Assembly: GCA_965237675.1 (NCBI GenBank)
Contig: OZ250150.1
Coordinates: forward strand, 512,001-576,000
DNA: 64,000 nucleotides
From: Candidatus Latescibacterota bacterium
Lineage (GTDB): Bacteria; Latescibacterota; UBA2968; GCA-2709665
Direction of reading: 5' to 3'
Each line of letters begins with the position of its first letter. The first letter of the stretch is position 1. Below are positions 31,375 through 40,674 of the stretch, one piece after another. Under the pieces are notes generated by a model. The model searched no databases, was not told the origin of the DNA, and saw nothing but the letters and a program-made list of their open reading frames with translations. Made by a program: the position numbers and the translations under genes.

Positions 31375-32186
31375 TAATCCCTGATTCTGGTTGTCTCATC
31401 CGTACGGGCCTGCTCGATGTGTCTGCCGGTAAAACCCACGGCGTTTCGCAGGTCGGCGCCGCGCAGGTCGGTATTCTGAAAGTTGGCCTTATAGAGGTCG
31501 GTGTTTTCCATTCGGGCTTTGATGAGGCTCGCGCACCGGAGGTCGGCCAGTACCAGGTCGGCATTCTGCAGCCTGGCGCCTTGCAGATCGGCATTCCTGA
31601 AGTCAACCCCCTGAAGGTTGGCGCCCTGAAGGTTGGCGCCTCTCAGATTGGCGCCCCGGAGGTCGGCGTTGAGAAGATTGGCGCCCCGGAGGTCGGCGTT
31701 GAGAAGATTGGCGTCCTGAACGGCCGCTTTTCGCAGATCGGTTCCGTTCAGAATGGCGTCGCGAAGGTTGGCGCCCCGCAGTGTGGTCCCCTGCAACCGG
31801 GCACCTGAAAGATCGGCATTCAATAGATCGGCAAGTTCCAGGTCTGCGGGCGCAAGATCGGCGTTTTTGAGATTGGCGCCCCGCAAAACGGCTCGTTGGA
31901 GGCGAGCACCCGAGAGATCGGCGTCCTGAAGGTTTGCGTCGCGGAAGTTGGCCTCGTAGAGCCTGGCACGCTGGAGGTTTGCGCCGTGCAGATCCGCGTT
32001 CTGGAACCTCACGCCGCTGAGGGTGGCTTCGCTCAGGTCGGAGTATTCGAGTCTGGCATCCTGGAGTTCCGCGCGATTCAGGTTCACGCCGGACAGTTCG
32101 GCCCGTTCTCCTGTTGTTCCTCCGGAATCGATCCAGGCACGGTGCCGGTCTATGACAAGCCGCAGTTCAGAGGGCGACATGGACAT
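31374..32186 (-). CDS. Pentapeptide repeat protein
   Basis: Continuous A(D/N)Lxx repeats after an N-terminal H..W....G..GERA.L cap. Confidence 0.93.
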   Translation of the reverse strand: MSMSPSELRLVIDRHRAWIDSGGTTGERAELSGVNLNRAELQDARLEYSDLSEATLSGVRFQNADLHGANLQRARLYEANFRDANLQDADLSGARLQRAVLRGANLKNADLAPADLELADLLNADLSGARLQGTTLRGANLRDAILNGTDLRKAAVQDANLLNADLRGANLLNADLRGANLRGANLQGANLQGVDFRNADLQGARLQNADLVLADLRCASLIKARMENTDLYKANFQNTDLRGADLRNAVGFTGRHIEQARTDETTRIRD

Positions 32187-32397
32187 GTCGAAATCCCATA
32201 CGTGTCTTTAAAGTAGGTGATATTCGGTGAAACGGCACTGCCGTGTCGGGATTGTTAGCAGGAAACCGGCCGCTATTTGCCTGGTTTTGAGTGAAAACGG
32301 CGCGCATCCCATGCGCTGTTCGCGTTGCTGCGCCCAACATCCGCATTCCTTCGATGACGTGTCTTTCCCGCACACGGCACTCACTGTTTCCAGCGAA

Positions 32398-32967
32398 TCA
32401 CGCCTGTCTCACGGTGTGAATGTCAGATTCGGAGATGATCAGGTCCAGTGAGATATCGCAAGGGTCTGTCGGCAGACGATCGAAAATTTGGAAGTCGTAA
32501 GCCAGGCCGATTTTGAAAGCTGGCGTCAGTGAAAGGAAACGGTCGTAGTACCCGACACCGAAGCCGATACGGTTTCCGGCGTGGTCAAAGGCCAGACCGG
32601 GAACGAGAACGAGGTCAAGGGTGTCCGGTGAAACCTCGGTACCCGCCTCACCGACCGGTTCCAGCAAACCCAAGACCGACGGCTTGAGGTCAGCCAGTGT
32701 ACGAATTTCCTTGTGGATTAGCATGTGGCTCTGCTTTGCAACAGGCACCGCGACCCGCTTGCCACTATCGAGAGCAGAGTCAATGAGGGTACACGTGTCG
32801 ACTTCGTTCTTGACCGAGACATAGCTCCCCATGCATCCGGCGCGGTGGTAGATTTCCAGGGCCGTCAGGCGCGCGATGATGTGTTCGCTCCTGGTGCGGA
32901 CTTCTGCGGGTGACAGTTCCGACCGTCGTTTCTTCATGGTGTTTCGAATTTGCATTTTGGATAGCAT
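32398..32967 (-). CDS. ygfA: 5-formyltetrahydrofolate cyclo-ligase
   Basis: NEVDT, VPGLAFD..G.RIG.G.GYYDRFL. Confidence 0.92.
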   Translation of the reverse strand: MLSKMQIRNTMKKRRSELSPAEVRTRSEHIIARLTALEIYHRAGCMGSYVSVKNEVDTCTLIDSALDSGKRVAVPVAKQSHMLIHKEIRTLADLKPSVLGLLEPVGEAGTEVSPDTLDLVLVPGLAFDHAGNRIGFGVGYYDRFLSLTPAFKIGLAYDFQIFDRLPTDPCDISLDLIISESDIHTVRQA

Positions 32968-33013
32968 CAGGGCCGTTCCCACTCTTGGCTTTCCTGCGAC
33001 GTCGGAATTCATA

Positions 33014-33042
33014 ACTATACCGGGAGTATGGCGGGTTGTCAA
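33014..33042 (-). promoter_or_regulatory. Sigma70 promoter for ygfA
   Basis: TTGACA-17 bp-TATAGT on the minus strand. Confidence 0.7.
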
Positions 33043-33109
33043 GGCGGGAGCGCATTACCAGCCTGGTATTGCCGGTCGGGGACTGGCGCGGTCAGACGGA
33101 AAAGTTCGC

Positions 33110-33138
33110 TTGACTTTGACTGTGCGGACTTTTAAATT
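33110..33138 (+). promoter_or_regulatory. Sigma70 promoter for the uppS operon
   Basis: TTGACT-17 bp-TAAATT. Confidence 0.55.
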
Positions 33139-33188
33139 TACAAGTGCCGATTTTTTAAGGTAATAATGGCAAATCCTGAGAGGAAATC

Positions 33189-34004
33189 ATGGATCGCCAC
33201 GATGTGGAAATTCAGAACAAATTGAAGGCGGAAGACAACCTGCCCCGGCATGTCGCCATAATAATGGACGGGAACGGTCGCTGGGCACAAAAGCATGGCC
33301 TTGGCAGAACCCAGGGACACCGTGCCGCACGAAATGTCGTGCGCGATGTCGTGCGGGCTTGTGGCGAACTGGAAATAGATATTCTCACTCTGTTTGCATT
33401 CGGGACGGATAATTGGCGTCGCCCCTGGACGGAAGTCCTTTCTTTGATGCAATTGTTGCGCGACGTTGCGGTTGAAGAACTGAAAGAACTCCAGGAAAAA
33501 AACGTGCGCTTGATTGCCACCGGAGATACGGACCGCCTGGCCAGGCAGGCGCGGCAGGCCATGCGATATGCCATGTTTACGACAGCGGGAAATACCGGGC
33601 TAAAGTTGAATCTGGCGATGAGTTACGATGGCCGCAACGACATTCTTCAGGCCGTCAGACGGATTGCCTCCGCGGTGGAACAAGGAAAAATAGGCAGCGG
33701 TGGGATCGACGAAAAGCTGTTTTCGAGGATGCTTTACACCGCCGAATTGCCCGATCCAGACTTACTGATCCGCACCAGCGGAGAGGTGCGTCTGAGTAAT
33801 TTTATGCTGTGGCAATGTGCGTACACGGAGTTCTGGTTCACGCCGGTCTTGTGGCCCGATTTCAGGCGCGAACATTTATACGAAGCCATTCAGGCGTATC
33901 AGTCCAGAGAGCGCCGTTTCGGTAAAACCAGCGCGCAGGTACGGTCCTCGGCCGTGGTCGCCGGGAACGGGGTTGTGAAGCGGATGGGTGCGGCGACGGG
34001 ATGA
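33189..34004 (+). CDS. uppS: Undecaprenyl diphosphate synthase (cis-prenyltransferase)
   Basis: HVAIIMDGNGRWA, PDLLIRTSGE.RLSNF.LWQ.AY.E. Confidence 0.95.
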   Translation: MDRHDVEIQNKLKAEDNLPRHVAIIMDGNGRWAQKHGLGRTQGHRAARNVVRDVVRACGELEIDILTLFAFGTDNWRRPWTEVLSLMQLLRDVAVEELKELQEKNVRLIATGDTDRLARQARQAMRYAMFTTAGNTGLKLNLAMSYDGRNDILQAVRRIASAVEQGKIGSGGIDEKLFSRMLYTAELPDPDLLIRTSGEVRLSNFMLWQCAYTEFWFTPVLWPDFRREHLYEAIQAYQSRERRFGKTSAQVRSSAVVAGNGVVKRMGAATG

Positions 34005-34059
34005 AAACTCAAGTATCCGGCTTCACTCCTATTCGCGATTCCGTCATGTAGGGTTGGCT

Positions 34060-34884
34060 TTGTCGGTACAATCAAATCTGCTTCACCGGATCTTAGCGTC
34101 GGCGGTCTTCGGGCCGCTTTTTCTGGTTCTGTTTTGGGTTGGTGGAATACCGCTCCTGGTTGGCGTGTGCCTGGTGGCAGCATGTGGGACGTGGGAGTAC
34201 TGCCTGATGCAGAAAAAGCGGGGGCTGCATCCATGGACGGAGGTCGGGGTTGTGGCCTCGTTGGTCTGGTGCCTGTGGTTGAATTATTTCGGAGAGCGAT
34301 TCTGGTTGTTTCCTGCCACGGTGAATCTGCTTGTACTGCTAACCCTTGCACTGACTCGCAGGGATGGCCGATTTCGGCTGGCCGATGCCGAGACGACCTT
34401 TGTCGGTGCGTGCTATATCGGATTGCTGTCCGCCTTTGCACTGCTGGTACGGAACTATGCCGGATTTGAGGCGGCCGAAACCGGCGCCGCGGGGTTTGCG
34501 GTTGTGGTAATACTGGGGATCTGGGGCGCGGATATTCTGGCCTATTTTGCGGGGCGTTTCTGGGGGAAGCGGCATCCTTTCCCGCACATCAGTCCGGGTA
34601 AGACGGGGGCCGGTTTCGTTGGCGGAATTGTTGGGGCGGTGACGGTTATGTGTGCCGGTGGCCACATCCTGAAGTTATACGCTCTCCCGGCGGGTATCGC
34701 GCTGGGGATGGTGGTTGGCGTTAGCGCTATTTGGGGAGATTTGGTCGAATCGATGATGAAACGGAACGCGGGGGTTAAAGATGCTTCCGCTCTGATTCCC
34801 GGGCACGGTGGCGTGCTGGACCGATTCGATAGTTTTCTGTTTGTGTATCCCATGGTGTATCTTTACCTCCGCGTGTTTCATTAG
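34060..34884 (+). CDS. cdsA: Phosphatidate cytidylyltransferase (start approximate)
   Basis: ISPGKT, GDLVES.MKR.AGVKD...IPGHGGVLDRFDS. Confidence 0.95.
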   Translation: MSVQSNLLHRILASAVFGPLFLVLFWVGGIPLLVGVCLVAACGTWEYCLMQKKRGLHPWTEVGVVASLVWCLWLNYFGERFWLFPATVNLLVLLTLALTRRDGRFRLADAETTFVGACYIGLLSAFALLVRNYAGFEAAETGAAGFAVVVILGIWGADILAYFAGRFWGKRHPFPHISPGKTGAGFVGGIVGAVTVMCAGGHILKLYALPAGIALGMVVGVSAIWGDLVESMMKRNAGVKDASALIPGHGGVLDRFDSFLFVYPMVYLYLRVFH

Positions 34885-34946
34885 GCCTCCGCACATTCCA
34901 GAATGCGGCAGTTAAATTCACCCGTTGACATAAACGGGATATGTGT

Positions 34947-36104
34947 ATGAAGCGGGTTGCGCTGCTTGGGTCGACGGGATCAATCGGAACGAATACGCTG
35001 GACGTTCTGGCCGGTCTGCCCGACCGGTTCGAAGTGGAATGCCTCAGCGCCGGACGCAATATCGATCTGCTCTGTGAGCAGGTGACGCGTTTCCGGCCGA
35101 AACGGGTCTGTGTGGGAGAAGAAAACGCGCAGAACGCCGGCAAAAGGCGTGAGTTGCAGGGTGTTGAGGTGTTACACGGTCCGGACGGACTCCTCGCGTT
35201 GGCGACGGATTCGGAAGTGGATCTGGTCATCAACGGGCTGGTGGCGGGGGTCGGACTGCGGCCAACCCTGGCGGCGGTTGAGGCAGGCAAGGACGTCGCC
35301 ATCGCGAATAAAGAAACATTGGTCGTAGCGGGGCACCTTGTAACAGATCTTGCGGCGCGGAACGGCGTGCGGTTGATTCCACTTGATAGCGAGCTGACAC
35401 CTTTGTGGCAGAGCCTGCAGGAAGTCCCGTCCCGGCACGTGACGCGCATCGTGCTTTCCGCCTCAGGAGGTCCGTTTTTCCAGATGTCGTTGGACGAAAT
35501 GGCCCGCGCGACACCAGACGAGGCCCTCCGTCATCCGACGTGGCGGATGGGTCCGAAGATCACGATCGATTCGGCCACGTTGATGAACAAGGGTTTTGAG
35601 GTGATTGAGTCCCGCTGGTTTCTCGGGCTCGACATCGAACAGATCGATGTCGTGATCCACCGGCAGTCGATCGTGCATTGTCTGGTTGAGTATCTGGATG
35701 GAAGCCTGACCGCGCATTTGAGCCGCCCCGATATGCGGTTGCCCATTCAGCAGGCGTTGACCCATCCGGATCGGCTGCCGACCGCCGTCCCGCCGCTGGA
35801 CCTTTTGGCCACGGGTTCGTTGAGCTTCCATGCGCCGGACCTGGAGCGATTTCCCTGCCTTGCGCTTGCGTATGAAGTCGGGCGTGCGGGAGGTACGGCG
35901 CCGGCAGTACTGAACGCGGCCAACGAGATTGGTGTCTATTCCTTTCTGGAAGGTCGCATCGCGTTTCTGGATGTACCGGATGTCGTACGCCGGACCCTCG
36001 ATGCGCATGTCAACGCATCCGGCTCGAATCTCGAGGCGGTGTTTGAAGCGGACCGATGGGGGCGAGAAAAGGCAAGGGAGATTGTCACACGGCTGGCAAG
36101 ATAG
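34947..36104 (+). CDS. dxr: 1-deoxy-D-xylulose 5-phosphate reductoisomerase
   Basis: LGSTGSIG, ANKE, ASGGPF, HP.W.MG.KITIDSAT.MNKG.E, NAANE. Confidence 0.96.
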   Translation: MKRVALLGSTGSIGTNTLDVLAGLPDRFEVECLSAGRNIDLLCEQVTRFRPKRVCVGEENAQNAGKRRELQGVEVLHGPDGLLALATDSEVDLVINGLVAGVGLRPTLAAVEAGKDVAIANKETLVVAGHLVTDLAARNGVRLIPLDSELTPLWQSLQEVPSRHVTRIVLSASGGPFFQMSLDEMARATPDEALRHPTWRMGPKITIDSATLMNKGFEVIESRWFLGLDIEQIDVVIHRQSIVHCLVEYLDGSLTAHLSRPDMRLPIQQALTHPDRLPTAVPPLDLLATGSLSFHAPDLERFPCLALAYEVGRAGGTAPAVLNAANEIGVYSFLEGRIAFLDVPDVVRRTLDAHVNASGSNLEAVFEADRWGREKAREIVTRLAR

Positions 36105-36219
36105 CCCGAAGCACCGCGCCGGAACCGGAGAGTCGCGTGAATAGACAACCCGTGCTTTCTCGGTCCCTGTAAACCCTCCGACCCGTCCGGCCTGAGGATC
36201 GAGGGATTCCTGACAGGAG

Positions 36220-37536
36220 TTGAGCGCTTTGGAATTTCTGGAAACGGTCTTTTATTTCATTTTCGTTTTAGGAGTACTGGTCTTTGTGCACGAATTCGGT
36301 CATTTCGTTGTCGCCAAAAAGTCGGGTATTCGCGTGGAACAGTTCTCACTGGGATTTCCGCCCAAGGCGTTTGGGATAACGGTCGGCGAGACGGAGTATT
36401 GCATTTCCTGGCTGCCCCTCGGTGGATACGTAAAGGTGGCGGGAATGTCGGATTTTGGCAGTGCGGAGGTCAAGCGAGAGCCGTGGGAATTTCAGTCGAA
36501 ACCCAGGGTAATTCAGATGGCGGTCATGGTATCAGGTCCCATAATGAATTTCCTGCTCGGTTTCCTGCTCATTTTGGGGTTGCGCCTCACGTTGGGGGAC
36601 TATGTCCTGCAGACGACGAAGGTAGGTCGAATTGAGGCAACCTCTCCGTTTTACGGGGCGGGTTTACGGACGGATGACCGCATCCTCGCGGTTAACGGGA
36701 ACCGGGTGGAGAGCTGGGACGGGCTGATCGAGGCATTCAACGTGAGCGGCGCCCGGGACGTGGCTCTGGACGTGGCTCGTGGCGACGATGTGTTATCCCT
36801 TGTAACAACGCTCGATCCCGGACAGGAGTTGGGCTTCGATCCTTTCCTTCCTCCTACTGCCGGATCGGTGATGCCGGGGTACCCGGCAGGGAAAGCGGGG
36901 ATGGAGCCCGGAGACAGGGTGCTAACGGTCGCAGGTGAATCCGTAAGCCAGTGGGAGGAGATGCGAAAGAAGATTTCCGCAAGGCCGGGGCAGGAGACCG
37001 AGATCCGGTGGATGCGCGGCGAAGAGGAGATGGCAGTGCGACTCGTGCCTCAGCCACAACGGGGCGAGGGGCGAACCATCGGTGTGATTGGCATCGGCCC
37101 GTCCTACGAGCCCAGCGCGCGGGTGCCGGTGAGTCTGACCACCGCCATACTGCACAGTGGGCGGGACCTTGTGGGTTATACGACGCTTATTTTCATGGTC
37201 ATCAAACGCCTGATCCTTGGCGAGATGTCGGGAGGCATGCTTGCGGGTCCGATAGGAATCGCGCAGATGGCGGGGAGTAAGGCGCGCGAGGGTTGGGAAG
37301 CGCTGATCGATTTTATGGCGATGCTGAGTATTAACCTCGCCGTCTTGAACCTGTTACCGATTCCAGCGCTGGACGGGGGCCATCTGATGATCTTGAGCGT
37401 AGAGGCCATTTCACGACGATCGCTTTCCACGCGGCAGAAAGAGAGGCTCCAGCAGGTTGGGTTTGTATTCTTGCTGGGTCTGATGGTCTATGTGACGTTT
37501 GGGGATATTAGCCGTATCTCGGGGTGGTTCTATTGA
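36220..37536 (+). CDS. rseP: RIP metalloprotease RseP
   Basis: HEFGH, two PDZ domains, NLLPIPALDGGH. Confidence 0.95.
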   Translation: MSALEFLETVFYFIFVLGVLVFVHEFGHFVVAKKSGIRVEQFSLGFPPKAFGITVGETEYCISWLPLGGYVKVAGMSDFGSAEVKREPWEFQSKPRVIQMAVMVSGPIMNFLLGFLLILGLRLTLGDYVLQTTKVGRIEATSPFYGAGLRTDDRILAVNGNRVESWDGLIEAFNVSGARDVALDVARGDDVLSLVTTLDPGQELGFDPFLPPTAGSVMPGYPAGKAGMEPGDRVLTVAGESVSQWEEMRKKISARPGQETEIRWMRGEEEMAVRLVPQPQRGEGRTIGVIGIGPSYEPSARVPVSLTTAILHSGRDLVGYTTLIFMVIKRLILGEMSGGMLAGPIGIAQMAGSKAREGWEALIDFMAMLSINLAVLNLLPIPALDGGHLMILSVEAISRRSLSTRQKERLQQVGFVFLLGLMVYVTFGDISRISGWFY

Positions 37537-37739
37537 TCCGGATGAAAGCGCATCCCCCATTGGAAAGAACACGCGAACGAGGCAAAACTGTCACCTGGAT
37601 CACTATCCAGTCAATTTGCAGGGTGACAACGCCTGGTACGTTCCACTCGGATGTCCCAATAAGCCGGCGTGCCCGGGCCAGAACTGAGTCGGGGAAATCG
37701 GGTGGGCGTCAGAATTAAGAATCTGTTCCAGCATCACCG

Positions 37740-37777
37740 AAAAATGAAGGCGGGTTTTCGAACCCGCCTTCATTTTT
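37740..37777. terminator. Bidirectional intrinsic terminator
   Basis: aaaaatgaaggcgggtt-ttcg-aacccgccttcattttt; perfect stem between convergent genes. Confidence 0.85.
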
Positions 37778-38129
37778 TTTTGGGGGCTTGGTGCTTGCCA
37801 TTGTTGTCTCTCTTCGTGGCCTCTTTCCAGCGAACGAAAACGCTATCCGCTTCGAGGGTTTCCGTGATTCGCCCTGTCAGGATCTCCAGTGCTTCGGGAT
37901 TCGTCTTCCAGGTTGCGATTAACTGTTCGAGATCTTTCTCTGTGAACCGTCCTCGCAGCACGGCTCTTCGCTTGATGGCCAGACTATCGGGATGTTCCGC
38001 ATAGCGATGATGGAGGCGGATGACTTCGAGAACAACGGTTTCCAGTTGTCGTTCGTTGGGTCCGGATCCGTTCCGGGCGGTACAGGCCAGCAGGCCGCAG
38101 AACAGGACGGCAAAGAGTGTCGGTTTCAT
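37770..38129 (-). CDS. Small putative lipoprotein
   Basis: MKPTLFAVLFCGLLAC lipobox; 119 aa. Confidence 0.65.
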   Translation of the reverse strand: MKPTLFAVLFCGLLACTARNGSGPNERQLETVVLEVIRLHHRYAEHPDSLAIKRRAVLRGRFTEKDLEQLIATWKTNPEALEILTGRITETLEADSVFVRWKEATKRDNNGKHQAPKKK

Positions 38130-38229
38130 CGTCAAAAAGATATCCGGGCACGACCAATGGGTCAAGGCAAAACAATTCGCCTCTAAACTGCCGGTAGGCA
38201 CATGGGAGTATGAGGATCCACACCGTCGA

Positions 38230-38384
38230 GTGTTCTGTCCCGGAAATAGATTGCCGAAATTCGGCCGAAGACTCGCCCGGATGGCAAGGCGCCTGCGACC
38301 TGCCGAAGGTCTGCGAGCGAAGGGAACGCAGAGAGACGGGATGAACCGGGCGAAGAATGGTGACATATTTCTGGGACAGGACAC
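38230..38384 (+). mobile_element. MITE family A full copy
   Basis: TIRs gtgttctgtcccggaaata and tatttctgggacaggacac. Confidence 0.8.
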
Positions 38385-38579
38385 TCGTTCGCCCTCACGT
38401 TTCGTCGGTCCGCCGTGCCGGTGGAACGGCCGCCCTTATACAATATCTGGTGTTTTTTTTTCATGTTACTTTCGATACCCACCACATTTTCCCTCGAGGA
38501 CGGGTTGCGCCATGCATGTGCACTCATGGTCACTGGGTTGTTTTTTTAAAGATAAGGCGAAAAATCGATTAGAAATCCC

Positions 38580-38636
38580 TTGACTTTTGTATAAGCAAGC
38601 CCTACTGTTGGTGGTGGAAAGTGGTGGAAAGTGGTG
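38580..38636 (+). promoter_or_regulatory. mraZ promoter with MraZ operator repeats
   Basis: TTGACT-17 bp-TACTGT, then three gtggtg units at 10-bp spacing (38611, 38621, 38631). Confidence 0.85.
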
Positions 38637-38685
38637 CATTAGGGAGAATCTGAATAAACCAGTGAAGCAATCGCTCAGCACGACG

Positions 38686-38713
38686 AGCCCCGACCCGTTA
38701 GTCGGGGCTTTTC
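38686..38713 (+). terminator. Terminator-like hairpin in the mraZ leader
   Basis: agccccgac-ccgtta-gtcggggct followed by tttc. Confidence 0.5.
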
Positions 38714-38808
38714 TCCCGACTCACGGCTTGGCCATGGCGAATTTCGAATTCACCTACCGCGCGTAGGTTCCGGCGCCACGTGTCACCTGTATCCCCCGAG
38801 TCGCTCGT

Positions 38809-39264
38809 ATGCCAGACGAAACGCCACTGTTCATCGGAGAATTTGAGGATATTCCCGTCGATACCAAGGGTCGGCTGATTGTCCCCGCCGCCATTCGCCG
38901 GGAATTGCCCACACATGTCACTTCGCTCGTTATTGCCAGGTGGTTCGACGGCTGCCTGGCCGGGTTTGATCCGGTGGGTTGGCGGCAGGTCTTGCAGCAG
39001 ATTAAGGACGGGAACCATAAAGGAAGGGTGAAGCGCCAGATCGCCCGTTGGGTTATGGGGGGAGCGGCGGAGACGAGAATCGACCGGCAGGGACGTCTCT
39101 TGGTTCCACGAAAGCTGCTTGAAATATCGGAAATTACGGATCGCGCGACACTCATCGGCGTGGGCAACCGGATAGAGATCTGGAATCCGGAACAATACGG
39201 CGCTGATATGAGCGATGCCGTCCAGAAGTTGGAAGATTTCGCGGAAGATCTGGATATTCTCTAA
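38809..39264 (+). CDS. mraZ: Transcriptional regulator MraZ
   Basis: Two DxKGR/DxQGR motifs, IEIW; first gene of the dcw cluster. Confidence 0.93.
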   Translation: MPDETPLFIGEFEDIPVDTKGRLIVPAAIRRELPTHVTSLVIARWFDGCLAGFDPVGWRQVLQQIKDGNHKGRVKRQIARWVMGGAAETRIDRQGRLLVPRKLLEISEITDRATLIGVGNRIEIWNPEQYGADMSDAVQKLEDFAEDLDIL

Positions 39265-39371
39265 GTCACTGGGGCCGGGAGCGCCACAATTCTATTTCTT
39301 TATTGAATTGTGTGGAGGTGCGGGGAGTTTGCGCGAAATGAATTACGCAATATTTATTCAAGAAAACAACG

Positions 39372-40307
39372 ATGTACGGGGCCGAGGAATTTCATACGCC
39401 GGTAATGGGGTGGGAAACGGCCCACCGGGTGGTAAACGACCCGAACGGTGTGTACATCGATGGGACGGTGGGTGGTGGCGGCCATGCTGAATATCTGCTG
39501 GCGCGGATGGGCCCGCAAGGACGACTGATCGGGATAGATCGAGATCCGGAGGCGGTTGAGACCGCTACCAATCGCCTGTGTCGATTCCACCATCGGGTGG
39601 AAATAATCGAGACGCCTTTCTGGGAACTGCCGCGGGTCTTGGATAACCTGGGGGTCGTACGGATATCGGGAGCGCTCTTCGACCTGGGCGTTTCTTCACA
39701 TCAAATCGACGAAGCCTCCCGGGGCTTCAGCTATCTCCGAAACGGGCCTCTGGATATGCGAATGGGGCCGGACGCCCTTCGGACTGCACGCGAGGTCGTG
39801 AACGCCTACTCCCTGGAGAAGCTGACGCGAATTTTCAAACAATTCGGAGAAGAGCGTGCGGCCGGCCGGATCGCCCGAGCAATCTGCCGTCGGCGGATCC
39901 GGAAGCCGCTGGAAGTTACGTCTGAATTGGCCGCTCTGATTGCGGAAACCGCGCGGGGACCACAAACCCAAAAGACTGTGGCCAGAATCTTTCAGTCGAT
40001 TCGGATCGAAGTCAACAGCGAGTTGGAGCGGCTCCGTGAAACCCTTGAGTGCACGATCGAAATGTTGGCGGGGGGCGGACGAATTGGAATTCTGTCGTAT
40101 CACTCGCTTGAAGACCGGATTGTGAAGAGGGCTTTTCGGTCGGCTGCACTGGATTGCGTTTGCCCGCCGAATCTCCCCATATGCGGATGTGAACAAGTCG
40201 CGCAAGTGCGCGTCCTGACACCCGGAGGCATTCGGCCGGGGTCGGACGAGCGACAACGAAACCCGCGAGCCAGAAGTGCTACGCTGCGGGTGGCAGAGAA
40301 ATTGTGA
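39372..40307 (+). CDS. rsmH: 16S rRNA m4C1402 methyltransferase
   Basis: DGTVGGGGH, DLGVSS.Q, PLDMRM, YHSLEDRIVK, NPRARSA. Confidence 0.96.
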   Translation: MYGAEEFHTPVMGWETAHRVVNDPNGVYIDGTVGGGGHAEYLLARMGPQGRLIGIDRDPEAVETATNRLCRFHHRVEIIETPFWELPRVLDNLGVVRISGALFDLGVSSHQIDEASRGFSYLRNGPLDMRMGPDALRTAREVVNAYSLEKLTRIFKQFGEERAAGRIARAICRRRIRKPLEVTSELAALIAETARGPQTQKTVARIFQSIRIEVNSELERLRETLECTIEMLAGGGRIGILSYHSLEDRIVKRAFRSAALDCVCPPNLPICGCEQVAQVRVLTPGGIRPGSDERQRNPRARSATLRVAEKL

Positions 40308-40338
40308 AGTCGAGTGCCGGGAGTGAGAAAGAACGCTT

Positions 40339-40671
40339 ATGAATGGCAATTCCCAGGTGAAGACGTCGGGTGGGTATCGATACGTACTCTTGACTGTGGC
40401 GCTGGTGGTTCTGGGTCTGTTGGGTTATCTGTGGGCACAGGCGCAGACCGTGCAGCAGGGTGACGAGATTGCACGGCTTCGAACCGAGCACCAGCAATTG
40501 CTTCACCAGCAAGAGCGCCTCCGTGCAGAGATCTCGGGACTCCGCAGAAGCAGTCGAATCCGTGAGATCGCTTCAAATAGACTTGGGATGGTGTTTCCAC
40601 AGGGTCCGCCTAAAAACCTGTACCTGGATATGCAACCCGACCGCCATGGTCTTTCCGGGCGCAAGAACTGA
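40339..40671 (+). CDS. ftsL: Cell division protein FtsL
   Basis: TM helix plus coiled coil, RIREIA...LGM; position between rsmH and ftsI. Confidence 0.8.
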   Translation: MNGNSQVKTSGGYRYVLLTVALVVLGLLGYLWAQAQTVQQGDEIARLRTEHQQLLHQQERLRAEISGLRRSSRIREIASNRLGMVFPQGPPKNLYLDMQPDRHGLSGRKN

Positions 40672-40674
40672 ACC

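Noticed and set aside
32968-33188. 6S RNA, often found upstream of ygfA
   Set aside because: The gap is filled by two divergent sigma70 promoters, one about 45 nt from the ygfA start; no long 6S-like hairpin was seen.
38611-38636. Short direct repeats gtggtggaaa as a CRISPR or VNTR
   Set aside because: The 10-bp period, lack of spacers and position at the mraZ promoter identify them as MraZ boxes.
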